From Bacteroidota bacterium (GTDB lineage: Bacteria; Bacteroidota; Bacteroidia; UKL13-3): DNA of 64,000 nucleotides. The DNA lies in assembly GCA_947464275.1 (NCBI GenBank), contig CANHVU010000013.1:22219-86218 (forward strand), in the 5' to 3' direction. Below, piece by piece: positions 38,617-50,840 of the stretch. The notes under the pieces are model-generated. The model had not been told where the DNA came from. It saw only the letters and a list, made by a program, of their open reading frames with translations, and ran no database searches. The translations under genes and the position numbers were made by a program. The first letter of the stretch is position 1, and each line of letters begins with the position of its first letter.

Positions 38617-39636
38617 TTAGTTAAACAATTGCAATAAGCAAGTTTTCAAAATATCTGCCATATTTTTAGCCTTTAAAAACCTTTGATTTTTATAGTGAAT
38701 GGCCAATTCGTTTTTGAGTTTTTCTACATTATGAGGTGTAGAAATAGCATCTTTACTCATGGCATTTAGTAAGTTAAACATTGGCCAACGTGCTGCTTTA
38801 AGCCTTGCTACCATTACTGAACGTTCTTCACGTTGGTATTGGTAAATACTTTCTTTGCTTAAACATTGAGTTGCTAACTCCACATAATCTTTATTTTGCT
38901 TATAAAATTGAGGTAAGTAAACGTTTTTTCTGCCTTCATGACTTTGCTGATCAAAATCTATCGCCCTAATTCTGTAGTGAATTTCTTCAAAATCAGGGAT
39001 GACCTGAATAACAAAATTGCTAGAATGCATATCGCCTAAAAGCCTTATAAAACAGCGTTCATTAAATTTTACAAACTCCTTAGCTAGCCTAATGGCATTA
39101 AAGTTTTCTTTGTTAAAATAAAGCTTTAAAAAATCATCGCCAGGAACACCAACTATGTGTTCTTCAATTAATGTATCGCCACTTACCAAATAACTTATAC
39201 GATTGGGTGATAACAAATGCTCTAATTCCAAACCATAAATTCTAGAAGCATCTGCATTTTTTACATAAAAATAATCAAAATTATCGTTCAGTTTATTAAT
39301 AATCCTAATTCTAAATGGCATTGAATTTCCATATAAACAATAATCAATGCGCTCTACTGCTAAATGCTCTAGAATATTGACATCTCCGCCCGTTTTAAGC
39401 AAAGCATAAATTTTTAATAAATCATAATGAATTTGTTCTGTATCGCTTTGCGGATAAAGGCAAGTTTCCCATAAAGTATCCTTTCCTTTTTTGTCGTAAA
39501 GCGCTATGCTATCACTGAAATTTTTTAAGTGAGGATATTGAATTGGCAAGTTAATGCCACGACCATGGGTTTGAAGATAGTGTCTTAAGTGAGGACTTAC
39601 CTTAACTGGTTGTTTGCGTTTACTTATTTGTTGCAA
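38617..39636 (-). CDS. Conserved hypothetical protein with atypical kinase-like motifs
   Basis: Long ORF with FYVK, LLGDMHSSNF and AIDFD. Likely start is TTG at 39636, downstream of a TAAGTTTG box (39660-39667, minus strand). Confidence 0.65.
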   Translation of the reverse strand: MQQISKRKQPVKVSPHLRHYLQTHGRGINLPIQYPHLKNFSDSIALYDKKGKDTLWETCLYPQSDTEQIHYDLLKIYALLKTGGDVNILEHLAVERIDYCLYGNSMPFRIRIINKLNDNFDYFYVKNADASRIYGLELEHLLSPNRISYLVSGDTLIEEHIVGVPGDDFLKLYFNKENFNAIRLAKEFVKFNERCFIRLLGDMHSSNFVIQVIPDFEEIHYRIRAIDFDQQSHEGRKNVYLPQFYKQNKDYVELATQCLSKESIYQYQREERSVMVARLKAARWPMFNLLNAMSKDAISTPHNVEKLKNELAIHYKNQRFLKAKNMADILKTCLLQLFN

Positions 39637-39945
39637 GTGAGTGGAGTATTTAGTTATAGCAAACTTAATAATTTTAATTGATTTGAAGTTGGAACCTCTT
39701 GTTAACAATGAAATAAACTAACGATTATGATAAATCAAAAAATTGACTTTTAAGTCGGAATTAACAAATTGATTGTTGCAAACAAAACCATCTCTAAAAG
39801 AATATTGACTATAAACCTTGCACAGTCAGCAGTTTCAGCATTTTAAAAAACTAATATTTATTTGGGTTAATTATTTGGGCTTTAGTTTGGTATTGGTAAA
39901 AATCAAGTTTATTTTCGCAAGCATTAATTTTGATTTTTCACTTAA

Positions 39946-40959
<1,014 letters not shown>

Positions 40960-40978
40960 TTCATTCAATAAATAATTT

Positions 40979-41011
40979 AAAAGCGCTTCATTAATTTGAA
41001 GCGCTTTTTTT
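40979..41011 (+). terminator. Intrinsic terminator of gap
   Basis: AAAAGCGCTTCA-ttaatt-TGAAGCGCTTTTTTT. Confidence 0.88.
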
Positions 41012-41066
41012 ATGTTATGATTTTTTCATTTCGCTCTATAGTTAAAATTTTAGTATGTTCGCCCTA

Positions 41067-42410
41067 ATGAAAGCCAAATATATACTATATACATTAGCAA
41101 TAATTTTAGCATTATCTTGTTTGTTGCATATTTTACCAAATCAAAACCCTGCACTTTTAGCTGCAAGTAGGTATTTATTTATTGGTACAGCTTTATTTTA
41201 TGTAATAAAAAAACCATCACTTACTGCTGCTATTTTATTTTGTATGGTATTAGGCATTGAGATTGGTTACGATTTTCCTCAAGTAGCCAAACCTCTGAAA
41301 GTATTTAGTGATATTTTTTTACGTTTAATAAAAACCATTATTGCCCCGCTTTTATTTTCTACGTTAGTGGTAGGAATTGCAGGCCATTCAAATATTAAAC
41401 AAGTAGGTAGAATGGGTTTAAAAGCTATTCTTTATTTTGAAATAGTAACTACTTTGGCATTGGTAATTGGATTATTTGCTATCAATATTTCAGGTGCAGG
41501 CTATGGATTAAAAACAATAGAAGTAGCTACCGAAGTAACAGCTAAGGCCAATAAAATTATTGAACAAAAACAATCACATGATGTAATACTGGATATTTTT
41601 CCTGAAAACTTTGCTAAGTCAATAGTAGAAAATCAAGTTTTACAAGTAGTAGTTTTTAGTATTTTATTTGGTATTGCTTTGGCCTTAATTAAAGATGAGG
41701 ATAAGAAGCGTCCAATTTTAAAATTTGCTGAAGGTTTAAGCGAAGTAATGTTTAAATTTACTGATTTAGTAATGTACTTAGCTCCATTAGCTGGAGGTGG
41801 GGCCATTGCATATGCAGTAGCCACCATGGGAATCGAATCACTACAAGCACTTTTTAAATTAGTAGCTACTTTATACATTGCCCTAATTGGTTTTGTAATA
41901 TTGGTATTAGTACCAATAGGCTTAATAGTAAAATTACCTTTCAAAAAATTTATACAAGCTATAAGCGAACCTGTTTCATTGGCTTTTGCTACAGCAAGCT
42001 CGGAAGCAGCGCTACCAAAGGCTTTAGAAAATATGGAAAACATGGGCATTCCACGTAAGGTAGTTGCATTTGTATTGCCTACTGGCTATAGTTTTAATTT
42101 AGATGGAACTACTTTGTATTTGAGTTTAGCTTCCGTATTTGTGGCACAGGCTTGTGGAGTAGAACTAACCTTAATTCAACAAATTACCATGTGTTTAACT
42201 TTAATGCTAACAAGCAAGGGAGTAGCTGGTGTGCGTGGTGCCAGTTTTTTAATACTAGTTACTACTGTTGCCTCCATGGGATTAGATCCTCAAAAAGCAT
42301 TTGCTATTTTGGCAATAGATGCATTAATGGATATGGCTAGAACATCTGTTAATGTTGTTGGAAACTGTTTAGCAACATATGTGGTTGCTAAATGGGAAAA
42401 AGAAATTTAA
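41067..42410 (+). CDS. Dicarboxylate/amino acid:cation symporter (GltP/DctA family)
   Basis: FLRLIKTIIAP, AFATASSEAALP, GYSFNLDGT, SKGVAGV, DMART. Confidence 0.92.
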   Translation: MKAKYILYTLAIILALSCLLHILPNQNPALLAASRYLFIGTALFYVIKKPSLTAAILFCMVLGIEIGYDFPQVAKPLKVFSDIFLRLIKTIIAPLLFSTLVVGIAGHSNIKQVGRMGLKAILYFEIVTTLALVIGLFAINISGAGYGLKTIEVATEVTAKANKIIEQKQSHDVILDIFPENFAKSIVENQVLQVVVFSILFGIALALIKDEDKKRPILKFAEGLSEVMFKFTDLVMYLAPLAGGGAIAYAVATMGIESLQALFKLVATLYIALIGFVILVLVPIGLIVKLPFKKFIQAISEPVSLAFATASSEAALPKALENMENMGIPRKVVAFVLPTGYSFNLDGTTLYLSLASVFVAQACGVELTLIQQITMCLTLMLTSKGVAGVRGASFLILVTTVASMGLDPQKAFAILAIDALMDMARTSVNVVGNCLATYVVAKWEKEI

Positions 42411-42787
42411 TCCAATAAAGCTGTTATTTTATTTACAATATCCTTATTAGAAAAAGGTTTTGTAATATATAATTCTGCACCTAAGTCGTACCCTTTTTGA
42501 ATATCTGCTTCCTTTGATTTTGCACTCACAAATACCACTTTACATTCTTTATGTTTAACACTACTTTTTATGTGCTTACAAATAGCATAACCATCTACAT
42601 CGGGCATCATAATATCTAATAAGACTACATCAGGTATATTTTCCTCGAGTAATTCTAGTGTTTCTGTTCCGTTGCGAGCTATTATTACCTCAAACCCATT
42701 TTTACGCATTAAAAATTCTAATGACATTAATATATAAGGGTCGTCATCTACTACTAATATTTTATATGCTTGATTCATTATATTCAA
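42407..42787 (-). CDS. Single-domain response regulator (receiver only)
   Basis: ILVVDDD, LLDIMMP, YITKPF; no output domain. Confidence 0.9.
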   Translation of the reverse strand: MNIMNQAYKILVVDDDPYILMSLEFLMRKNGFEVIIARNGTETLELLEENIPDVVLLDIMMPDVDGYAICKHIKSSVKHKECKVVFVSAKSKEADIQKGYDLGAELYITKPFSNKDIVNKITALLD

Positions 42788-45500
42788 TTAAAGTATTTCC
42801 GGGTTCAAAGTTAGGAATTGTAAACGTAAAGCATGCACCTTTTTCTATTTCACTTTCTACCCAAATTTTGCCTCCATGCATTTCAATGATTTTTTTACAA
42901 ATAGCTAATCCCAAACCAGTTCCCACCGGTTTTTTTATTGTTTGATTTTTTGCTTGAAAAAATTTGTCGAAAATTAATTCATGTAATTCTTTAGCGATTC
43001 CCTTACCTGTATCCATAATACTAACTTGAACTTCGTTTTGAAGATCAGATATTACTAAGTGTATTTTACCTTGCTCAGGTGTAAATTTCATGGCATTACT
43101 TATTAAATTTACCAAAACTTGTTGCACTAAATCCTTATCTGCATGAAGCAAAAGCATACTATTAGGCTGCGTGATGGTTAAATTTATTGCCTTTTCGTTG
43201 GCTACTAATTTATAGGAGGTATACAAATCTTTAACCAATAAATTCATATCAAACGAAGTTAAATTAAGTTTTTGCTTACCACTTTCATACTTCTCTAGAT
43301 TTAGTACTTTGGTTATTAAATGACTTAATCGTTCCGTTTCTTTGACTACAGCCCCTAAAAATTTCTCACGCTCTTCGTCCCCTAAATCAGGATTATCATG
43401 TACTATCTCTGTTAATGAACGAATGGAGGTTAATGGTGTTCTTAACTCATGTGTTACAGTATATAAAAATTCATCTTTCAATTCGTCCATTGTTTTTAAT
43501 TGCAAATTCGCCTCACGTAACTGTTCCGTGGCTTTTGTCAATTCAATCGATTTTTTACGAAGTTCTTTATTCAGCTCTATCATTTGCTGTGATTCATGCA
43601 AAATTTTAAATACTTCATTTAGGCTTAGTTCCTCTTCTTTTGTAACAGAACTAACCATAATACGCGCTGATGCAGAGCCAATAACTCCCGCTAAAATTTT
43701 CTCAGAAAAACTAACTATTCTTGGATCAGCCTTGGAACCAAAATCTATGGCTATTTTGTGTCTGTGCGCATAATTTTGTATTAAATTATTAGCACGTTCT
43801 TTTCCTAAAAAATTTTCTAATAATGAAAACAAATCAGGCATATAAGCTGTACCTCGCCAAATGCTATCACTTCCTGGTAAATTATACTTATCAATATCTA
43901 CAAATATTTCCGCCTGATAAACCTCTTGTGGAATAGGCTTACTATAAACCGAAAAAACAAAATAAGCAGTACAGTTAAAAAACATACTCCAAAATAAAGA
44001 ATGTGTTATAGAATCAAACCCTTCTAAACCAAATAAAGATTGAGGTTTTAACCACCATATATTAAATGGCCCATTACTTATTATGTTTTCATTTATTAAA
44101 TGAGCTTGGGCTATTGAAGGAAGTATTAATGTATAAAACCAAACAAAAAAACCAACAATTATACCTACTAGTGCGCCATTTTTACTTGCTGTTTTCCAAT
44201 AAATACCTCCAATTATAGCTGGAGCAAATTGGGCAACACCTGCAAAAGAAATCAACCCTATTGAAACCAATGAAAAATACTGTGCCACATATTGATCATA
44301 TAAATAGGCAAATAATAAAATAAGAATAATACTAAATCTTCTAATATATAAAATGGTTTTTCTAATGGATTTATCAATTGAGGTCTTAAAATTTTGTTGC
44401 CTAAATAAAAATGGCATAACTAAATTATTACTTACCATTGTACTCAACGCTATTGTTTCTACTATAATCATACTAGTAGCAGCCGAAAAACCGCCCAGAA
44501 ACACTAACATGCTTAATAGTGGTTTATTAAAATGTAAAGGTAATGCTAATACAAAAGTATCTGCGTCTATTGGCATGTTTTGAAAAACTAACTTGCCGCC
44601 AAAAGCAATTGGAATAACAAAAATATTAATTACAAATAGGTAAATTGGGAATAGCCATACTGCCTTTTTTAAATGCTCCTCGTTTACATTTTCAATTACA
44701 CCAACTTGGAATTGACGTGGCAAAAAAAGCACTGCCATCATGGAAAGCAAAATACCCGAGAACCAACCAGCATTGGCATTTTCTCCACTTAAAGTAAATA
44801 ATTTTTTAAACTCATCTATTTGATTTGCTTTTAAAAAAATATCGTTAAATCCATTAAAAATACCATAGGTAACAAATACACCAGCAACTAAAAATGCAAC
44901 CAATTTTATTACCGATTCAAAAGCTACTGCGGCTACCAAGCCTTCATGTTTTTCAGTTGCATCAACTGAGCGCGTCCCAAAAATAATGATAAAAACCGTT
45001 AAGAATACCGTAAAATATAAGGTATTATCTGAAAAAAAATTATGCCCAGAAATGGCATTTTTAGTTAAAATATCAAAGCTAATGGCTATGGCTTTTAATT
45101 GCAAAGCAATATATGGCAAAACGCCAATAATACAGAAAACACTAACCACAGCAGCTAAAGATGCATTTTTACCATACCTAGTTGAAATAAAATCGGCAAT
45201 GCTATTGATACGTTGTGCTTTGGTAATTCTAATAATTTTACGCAGAACTGGAAAAAACAATGCTGCCATTATGGTAGGACCAATGTATATAGTTAAAAAA
45301 CTTATTCCATTGGTAGTGGCTCTTCCCACACTTCCATAATAAGTCCAAGCTGTACAATACACACAAAGGGAAAGTGCATACACATATGCATTATTTATTA
45401 TACTTTTTCCTTTTTTTAACTGATGTTCTGCATAATAGGCAACACCAAATAAAATTAATAAATAAAGTAGTGAACAAATAATAATAATGCTGTTACTCAT
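42762..45500 (-). CDS. SLC5 (sodium:solute symporter)-STAC-histidine kinase fusion (CrbS/CbrA-like)
   Basis: ~13 TM helices with YCTAWTYYGSVG and LPRQF; LAGVIGSASA STAC-like segment; HELRTPL H-box, NLISNAMKF, GTGLGL. Confidence 0.9.
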   Translation of the reverse strand: MSNSIIIICSLLYLLILFGVAYYAEHQLKKGKSIINNAYVYALSLCVYCTAWTYYGSVGRATTNGISFLTIYIGPTIMAALFFPVLRKIIRITKAQRINSIADFISTRYGKNASLAAVVSVFCIIGVLPYIALQLKAIAISFDILTKNAISGHNFFSDNTLYFTVFLTVFIIIFGTRSVDATEKHEGLVAAVAFESVIKLVAFLVAGVFVTYGIFNGFNDIFLKANQIDEFKKLFTLSGENANAGWFSGILLSMMAVLFLPRQFQVGVIENVNEEHLKKAVWLFPIYLFVINIFVIPIAFGGKLVFQNMPIDADTFVLALPLHFNKPLLSMLVFLGGFSAATSMIIVETIALSTMVSNNLVMPFLFRQQNFKTSIDKSIRKTILYIRRFSIILILLFAYLYDQYVAQYFSLVSIGLISFAGVAQFAPAIIGGIYWKTASKNGALVGIIVGFFVWFYTLILPSIAQAHLINENIISNGPFNIWWLKPQSLFGLEGFDSITHSLFWSMFFNCTAYFVFSVYSKPIPQEVYQAEIFVDIDKYNLPGSDSIWRGTAYMPDLFSLLENFLGKERANNLIQNYAHRHKIAIDFGSKADPRIVSFSEKILAGVIGSASARIMVSSVTKEEELSLNEVFKILHESQQMIELNKELRKKSIELTKATEQLREANLQLKTMDELKDEFLYTVTHELRTPLTSIRSLTEIVHDNPDLGDEEREKFLGAVVKETERLSHLITKVLNLEKYESGKQKLNLTSFDMNLLVKDLYTSYKLVANEKAINLTITQPNSMLLLHADKDLVQQVLVNLISNAMKFTPEQGKIHLVISDLQNEVQVSIMDTGKGIAKELHELIFDKFFQAKNQTIKKPVGTGLGLAICKKIIEMHGGKIWVESEIEKGACFTFTIPNFEPGNTLIEYNESSI

Positions 45501-45714
45501 CCTTGCCTTTTTGAAGTTTTTTAGAAGGTTTTATTTCACTTGATACCACTAAAAGTATTATAGCTAATAACCAAGCAATAACAACGTATAGATATAATAA
45601 TGGAATATTGCCAACAAACTTAGGCTTATTAAAAATGGTAAATATTGGATAACAAAATGCCAACAACATTATAATGCTTAATATGATATTCTTCTGTTTT
45701 CTATTATTTACCAT
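45493..45714 (-). CDS. Small two-TM protein translationally coupled to the SLC5 kinase
   Basis: Overlaps the kinase start; YP..IFN....GNIPLLYLY...W pattern typical of small symporter partners. Confidence 0.7.
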   Translation of the reverse strand: MVNNRKQKNIILSIIMLLAFCYPIFTIFNKPKFVGNIPLLYLYVVIAWLLAIILLVVSSEIKPSKKLQKGKDE

Positions 45715-45787
45715 CTTATAAAAATAGCTATTATATGTAAAAAAACAAATCCTATTTACTTCATCAATGCCATTTTATTTATAGATG

Positions 45788-47347
45788 CTATGCTCTATAC
45801 TCACCAAATACACCTCTAAAGGTATTAGCTATTTCGCCTAAAGTAGCTAAACTTTCTACTGCTTCTATAATATGTGGCATTACATTACTTCCATCTTTAG
45901 CTGCTTGTTCTAATTTGGCAATATTGTTTTTTACTAAATTATTATCTCTTTCAGCTTTTAGCTTATTTAGTTTTTCAGTTTGTTGAACACGGATATTATC
46001 ATCAATTTTAAACGAAGGTGGAGCAACTTCTTCCTCTACCGTAAATTTATTTACACCCACAATTACTTTTTCTTGGCTTTCAATGTCTTTTTGGTATTTA
46101 TAGCTAGCTGTAGCAATTTCGTTTTGCATATAACCTTCTTCTATAGCGCTTACACTTCCGCCCATGGCATCTATTTTTTCAATATACTTCCAAGCTTCAG
46201 CTTCTACTTGATTAGTCAATTCTTCTACAAAATAACTACCTCCCATTGGGTCAACAGTATCTACTACACCGCTTTCAAAAGCAATAATTTGTTGCGTACG
46301 TAATGCTGTTCTTGCTGCTGCTTCAGTAGGTAAATTCAATGCTTCATCAAAACCATTGGTATGTAAACTTTGGGTTCCGCCCATTACAGCTGCTAAAGCT
46401 TGTAATGTAACCCTAGCTATATTGTTTTCAGCTTGCTGAGCAGTTAATGTACTTCCACCAGTTTGTGTATGAAAACGAAGCATCATAGCCTTTGGATTAG
46501 TTGCTCCTAAATCTTTAGCTATTTTAGCCCACATTCTGCGTGCAGCTCTAAACTTGGCAATTTCTTCAAAAAAGTTATTGTGTGCATTAAAGAAAAACGA
46601 TAAACGTTGTCCAAATACATTTATATCTAAACCCTTTGCAATTGCTGCTTCACTGTATGCTTTGGCATTTGCTAGTGTAAATGCTATTTCTTGCACTGCT
46701 GTACTTCCTGCCTCGCGAATGTGGTATCCACTAATCGAAATAGTATTCCATTTTGGAACTTCTAAACTACAGTATTCAAAAATATCGGTAATAATGCGCA
46801 TACTTGGCTTAGGCGGATAAATATAGGTTCCCCTAGCTGCGTATTCTTTTAAAATATCGTTTTGAATGGTTCCAGAAATCTTTTTAATGTCAGCACCTTG
46901 TTTTTTTGCTAATGCAATATAAAAAGAAAGTAAGGTAGATGCGGTTGCATTAATAGTCATACTAGTAGTAATATCTTGCAGTTTAATGCCATCAAACAAA
47001 GTTTCAATATCGCGTAAACTATCAATAGCTACTCCTACTTTACCCACTTCGCCCTCACTCATAGCGTGGTCGCTATCATAACCAATTTGAGTTGGTAAAT
47101 CAAATGCAACCGAAAGACCCATGGTTCCATTTGCTAATAAATATTTATAACGTTTATTTGATTCTTCGGCAGTTGAAAAACCCGCATATTGGCGCATAGT
47201 CCACAATCTACCCCTATACATATCAGGCTGAACACCGCGCGTATATGGAAACTGGCCAGGCAATTCATTATTGATATTATTGCTGTCTGGATTGTATAAT
47301 TCGTTAATTATTATTCCGCTATCGGTTATAAATTTATTTTCAGCCAT
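45788..47347 (-). CDS. Methylmalonyl-CoA mutase family, substrate-binding large subunit (no B12-binding domain)
   Basis: [49 protein letters not shown]; ends ATLGEI...FGEY. Confidence 0.92.
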   Translation of the reverse strand: MAENKFITDSGIIINELYNPDSNNINNELPGQFPYTRGVQPDMYRGRLWTMRQYAGFSTAEESNKRYKYLLANGTMGLSVAFDLPTQIGYDSDHAMSEGEVGKVGVAIDSLRDIETLFDGIKLQDITTSMTINATASTLLSFYIALAKKQGADIKKISGTIQNDILKEYAARGTYIYPPKPSMRIITDIFEYCSLEVPKWNTISISGYHIREAGSTAVQEIAFTLANAKAYSEAAIAKGLDINVFGQRLSFFFNAHNNFFEEIAKFRAARRMWAKIAKDLGATNPKAMMLRFHTQTGGSTLTAQQAENNIARVTLQALAAVMGGTQSLHTNGFDEALNLPTEAAARTALRTQQIIAFESGVVDTVDPMGGSYFVEELTNQVEAEAWKYIEKIDAMGGSVSAIEEGYMQNEIATASYKYQKDIESQEKVIVGVNKFTVEEEVAPPSFKIDDNIRVQQTEKLNKLKAERDNNLVKNNIAKLEQAAKDGSNVMPHIIEAVESLATLGEIANTFRGVFGEYRA

Positions 47348-47676
47348 TGTGTTTAGTTATTTGGGCAAATATAAATAAACCGAATAGCTATTTAACTGAT
47401 ATGGCTTAGGTGTAAGAAATAAAAACTTTTATAGCCAATAGTAACAATTAAAATGAATAAGTCTAAATCATATAAACTCTTTGGTTTGTTTGGCAAAATT
47501 TAAAGCAATGAATTTAGGAATAGATATAAAGCCAATTTCTTCTTTTTTAGGTTGATTAGTTTATTGCAATTAAGTGTTTTTAGTATATTGGACACTGTCA
47601 TTAAAATAACTGACAATACATAGCAGAGTTTTGTATTATTTTTACTTTTTTGCACTATAAATTAAACTGAAAAAAT

Positions 47677-49080
47677 ATGTACGTAATAAAATTTGGAACT
47701 GATGGTTGGCGAGGTATTATAGCCGATGAATTTACTGTTGAAAATGTGAAGCGTGTAGCGCAAGGAACAGCAGCATACGTTAAAGCAAATTTTGCTAATA
47801 ACTTAACCTTAGTGTTAGGCCACGATTGCCGTTTTGCAGGCGAACTTTTTGCTGAAACTACTGCAAAAGTTTTATGTGCCAATGGCATTAAAGTAATAAT
47901 GGCCAAAGGTTTTGTAAGCACACCTATGATTAGTTTAGGTGCTGTAAAACATGGCGCAGCTTTAGGTGTAATTATTACTGCTAGTCATAATCCACCGGCT
48001 TATAATGGTTTTAAACTAAAAGCACATTATGGCGGACCAAGCAGCCCTGCTGTGATTGATGCGGTTGAAAATGCAATTCCAGAAACAGTAAGTTTACCTT
48101 TAAAAAGTATTGATACTTTGGTAAGCGAAGGCATGGTAACTTATGCCGACCTTGAAACCATGTATGTAAACGAGGTAGAAAGCAAATTTGATTTAAAATT
48201 AATCAAAGAAAGTAAGTTTGAATTTGCTTACGATGCTATGTATGGTGCTGGTCAAAATGTAATGCGTAGGGTTTTTCCTGAAATTACCATGTTGCATTGC
48301 GATTACAACCCAGGTTTTGATGGACAAGCTCCTGAACCTATCCATAAAAACTTAACCGAGTTCAGCGAGTTAATTCGCATTAGCGAAGAAATTGACTGCG
48401 GCTTGGTAACCGATGGCGATGCTGATAGAATTGGTTTATACAATGGCAAAGGTGAGTTTGTAGATTCGCACCATATCATTCTTTTATTGGTTCATTACTT
48501 GCATAAATACAAAGGCATGGATGGTAAAGTAATTACTACCTTTAGTGCTACTTCAAAAATTACCAAACTAGCCGAAGCTTATGGTTTGCCAATTGAAATT
48601 ACCAAAATTGGGTTTAAATACATTTGCGAAAAAATGGTTACCGAAAACGTATTAGTTGGTGGCGAAGAAAGCGGTGGAATTGCTATTAAAGGCTTTATTC
48701 CTGAGCGCGATGGTATTTGGATTGGCTTAACCCTTTGGGAGTTTATGGCTAAAACGGGCAAAACTTTAGACGAATTAATTCAAGAGGTATATGATGTGGT
48801 TGGTAGTTTTGCAATGGGCAGAATAGATTTACACATTACCGAAGAAATTAAACAAACTGTTTTGGCTAATTGCAAAGCAGGAAAATACACTCAGTTTGGA
48901 AACTATAAAATAGAAAAAACGGAAGATTTAGATGGTTATAAATTCCATTTAGGAAATGGCGAATGGGTAATGATTCGTGCTAGTGGAACTGAGCCTGTAT
49001 TACGCGTTTACAGCGAGTCGAGCACTAACGATAAAGCTACTGCTATATTAGAAGCAACCAAAGCTGTTTTATTAGCTTAA
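47677..49080 (+). CDS. Phosphoglucomutase/phosphomannomutase
   Basis: FGTDGWRG, TASHNP, DGDADR, GEESGG, RASGTEP. Confidence 0.93.
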   Translation: MYVIKFGTDGWRGIIADEFTVENVKRVAQGTAAYVKANFANNLTLVLGHDCRFAGELFAETTAKVLCANGIKVIMAKGFVSTPMISLGAVKHGAALGVIITASHNPPAYNGFKLKAHYGGPSSPAVIDAVENAIPETVSLPLKSIDTLVSEGMVTYADLETMYVNEVESKFDLKLIKESKFEFAYDAMYGAGQNVMRRVFPEITMLHCDYNPGFDGQAPEPIHKNLTEFSELIRISEEIDCGLVTDGDADRIGLYNGKGEFVDSHHIILLLVHYLHKYKGMDGKVITTFSATSKITKLAEAYGLPIEITKIGFKYICEKMVTENVLVGGEESGGIAIKGFIPERDGIWIGLTLWEFMAKTGKTLDELIQEVYDVVGSFAMGRIDLHITEEIKQTVLANCKAGKYTQFGNYKIEKTEDLDGYKFHLGNGEWVMIRASGTEPVLRVYSESSTNDKATAILEATKAVLLA

Positions 49081-49094
49081 AGATAAAAACAAAT

Positions 49095-49132
49095 AAAAGT
49101 CGACTGCTATAAAATTATAGCAGTCGTCTTTT
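49095..49132. terminator. Bidirectional terminator between convergent genes
   Basis: CGACTGCTATA-aaat-TATAGCAGTCG flanked by A and T tracts. Confidence 0.8.
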
Positions 49133-50186
49133 AATTATCATTCATTTCATTGCTAATCAACTCTAAATTCCATTGTTTTTGTAAGTCATAACTTATAAAT
49201 CCATTGCTCACAGTAAGCGGGCTATCAATATTATTTTCATATAAACTACCTGTTCCCAACCCTTGTGGCATTTCGGTATTTAAGCTACTACAAAACTGGG
49301 CAATTGCATTTAAACCAATATTACTTTCTAATGCAGATGTGAACCACCAACCAATACCAAGTTCATTGGCCTTTTCTATAAAAAAACTACTATTAGCCAA
49401 TCCGCCTAATAAGGTAGGTTTTATAATGATATAATGTGGTTTTATAAATTGTAATAGTGGTTTAACTTGTGCTTTGCTTAAACCTATTAATTCCTCATCT
49501 AATGCAATATGGATAGGCGATTTAGCACACACTTCTTGCATCATATCTGGTTGCCTTGTTTTAATTGGCTGCTCTATACTATGTAGGTCAAAACGCTTTA
49601 ACTCTTTTAACTTTTCAAATACATCAAAATTACCAAAGGCTCCATTTGCATCAACTCTAATTTCTAATTTAAAAGCATTATATCTTTTTCTAATTCTCTC
49701 AAGTAATCTACATTCTGCATCAAAATCCAATGCACCAATTTTAAATTTTATACAATTAAAACCAGCCTCTACTTTCTGAAAAGCCTCCATTTCCATTTCA
49801 TCTATTTGGTTCATCCAAACCAAACCGTTTATGGCTATAGGTTTATTTGTTATAAAACTGTTTTCACAAATTTTACGAGAGCCGCCATATTTTAAATCCG
49901 ACAAAGCTGTTTCAATTCCAAATTGAATAGAAGGCCAAGGTTCTAATTCAACCTGAAAGGTATCGAATCCATTATTTAACTGAGTCAAAATTAAATTCAA
50001 ATGATTTTCAAAATCATCAACTGCATCAATACTTAAGCCTATTAATGGTGCGGCTTCGCCAATACCCATTTTTAACCCATCTTTCTCTTTTTTAATTATG
50101 TAATAAACCGTATGTGTTTGCATACTTCCGCGGCTAGTATTTGCAGGCTTATTAAATTTTAAAACATGTTTTTTATAACTGAACAT
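49131..50186 (-). CDS. menC: o-succinylbenzoate synthase
   Basis: TSRG, GEAAPL, KFKIG, RVDANG, IEQP, ALDEEL, KPTLLGG, QGLGTG; enolase superfamily, Bacteroidota type. Confidence 0.85.
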   Translation of the reverse strand: MFSYKKHVLKFNKPANTSRGSMQTHTVYYIIKKEKDGLKMGIGEAAPLIGLSIDAVDDFENHLNLILTQLNNGFDTFQVELEPWPSIQFGIETALSDLKYGGSRKICENSFITNKPIAINGLVWMNQIDEMEMEAFQKVEAGFNCIKFKIGALDFDAECRLLERIRKRYNAFKLEIRVDANGAFGNFDVFEKLKELKRFDLHSIEQPIKTRQPDMMQEVCAKSPIHIALDEELIGLSKAQVKPLLQFIKPHYIIIKPTLLGGLANSSFFIEKANELGIGWWFTSALESNIGLNAIAQFCSSLNTEMPQGLGTGSLYENNIDSPLTVSNGFISYDLQKQWNLELISNEMNDN

Positions 50187-50256
50187 TAGTTTTTTATTTA
50201 CAGTTCAATATTAACACGTTGTTTAATTAAATCATATAACAAAATTATGGTACTAC

Positions 50257-50379
50257 TTCCGCATTCGCTCGTATCTTGCTAGGGAATGTATTGATAAGCC
50301 TCTGACTAACTTCATAAAGTAAAATAAATGGCGGGACGCCTTTTAAACTAACACTCGTAGGATGCGAGCGACTGCGGGA
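50257..50379. repeat. Degenerate REP-doublet (REPIN-like) element
   Basis: TTCCGCATTCGCTCGTATCTTGC (50257-50279) is an imperfect inverted copy (18/23) of GTAGGATGCGAGCGACTGCGGGA (50357-50379); GC-rich arms in AT-rich DNA. Confidence 0.6.
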
Positions 50380-50784
50380 CTAAAACCGAATAAAATAAAT
50401 TAAAAACATAAATACAATCGGTAAAAGTAAAGAAACAAAAATATACAATAACATAGGGTTTGTTGTTAATTTCTCTTTATTTTCTAAATTAAAGTTCATC
50501 CATCTTTTCTTGTAGAATATCAAAAAATAATTTGCCCAAAAAAATGTTAAGAAATACAAGCCCATTATTAGGAAATTTATCTGAAAATTTTTTGATATAA
50601 AAATAAGATGGAAATTTAACTTGAAGCCAATAAATATGCCATCAATAAACATTATATTAAATAATTGTGCTAAACTAAAAACCATTAATAAATGGAAATT
50701 TTTGTCTTTTTCCGATTTAATTGACTTCGTGTTTTTATATGATTGTTGGATAGCTCCTACCCATAATTTATAATACCAATTCAT
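50380..50784 (-). CDS. Orphan three-TM membrane protein (cassette-like gene 1)
   Basis: 134-aa very AT-rich ORF with its own TATATTTG box (50792-50799, minus strand); the stop codon abuts the REP-like arm. Confidence 0.65.
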   Translation of the reverse strand: MNWYYKLWVGAIQQSYKNTKSIKSEKDKNFHLLMVFSLAQLFNIMFIDGIFIGFKLNFHLIFISKNFQINFLIMGLYFLTFFWANYFLIFYKKRWMNFNLENKEKLTTNPMLLYIFVSLLLPIVFMFLIYFIRF

Positions 50785-50820
50785 ATTATATCAAATATAA
50801 GTTTTTACTTTTACCAAAAC

Positions 50821-50840
50821 GGTCGGTGATAACACCGACC
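50821..50840. repeat. REP-like palindrome
   Basis: GGTCGGTG-ATAA-CACCGACC perfect hairpin directly abutting element copy 1. Confidence 0.7.
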
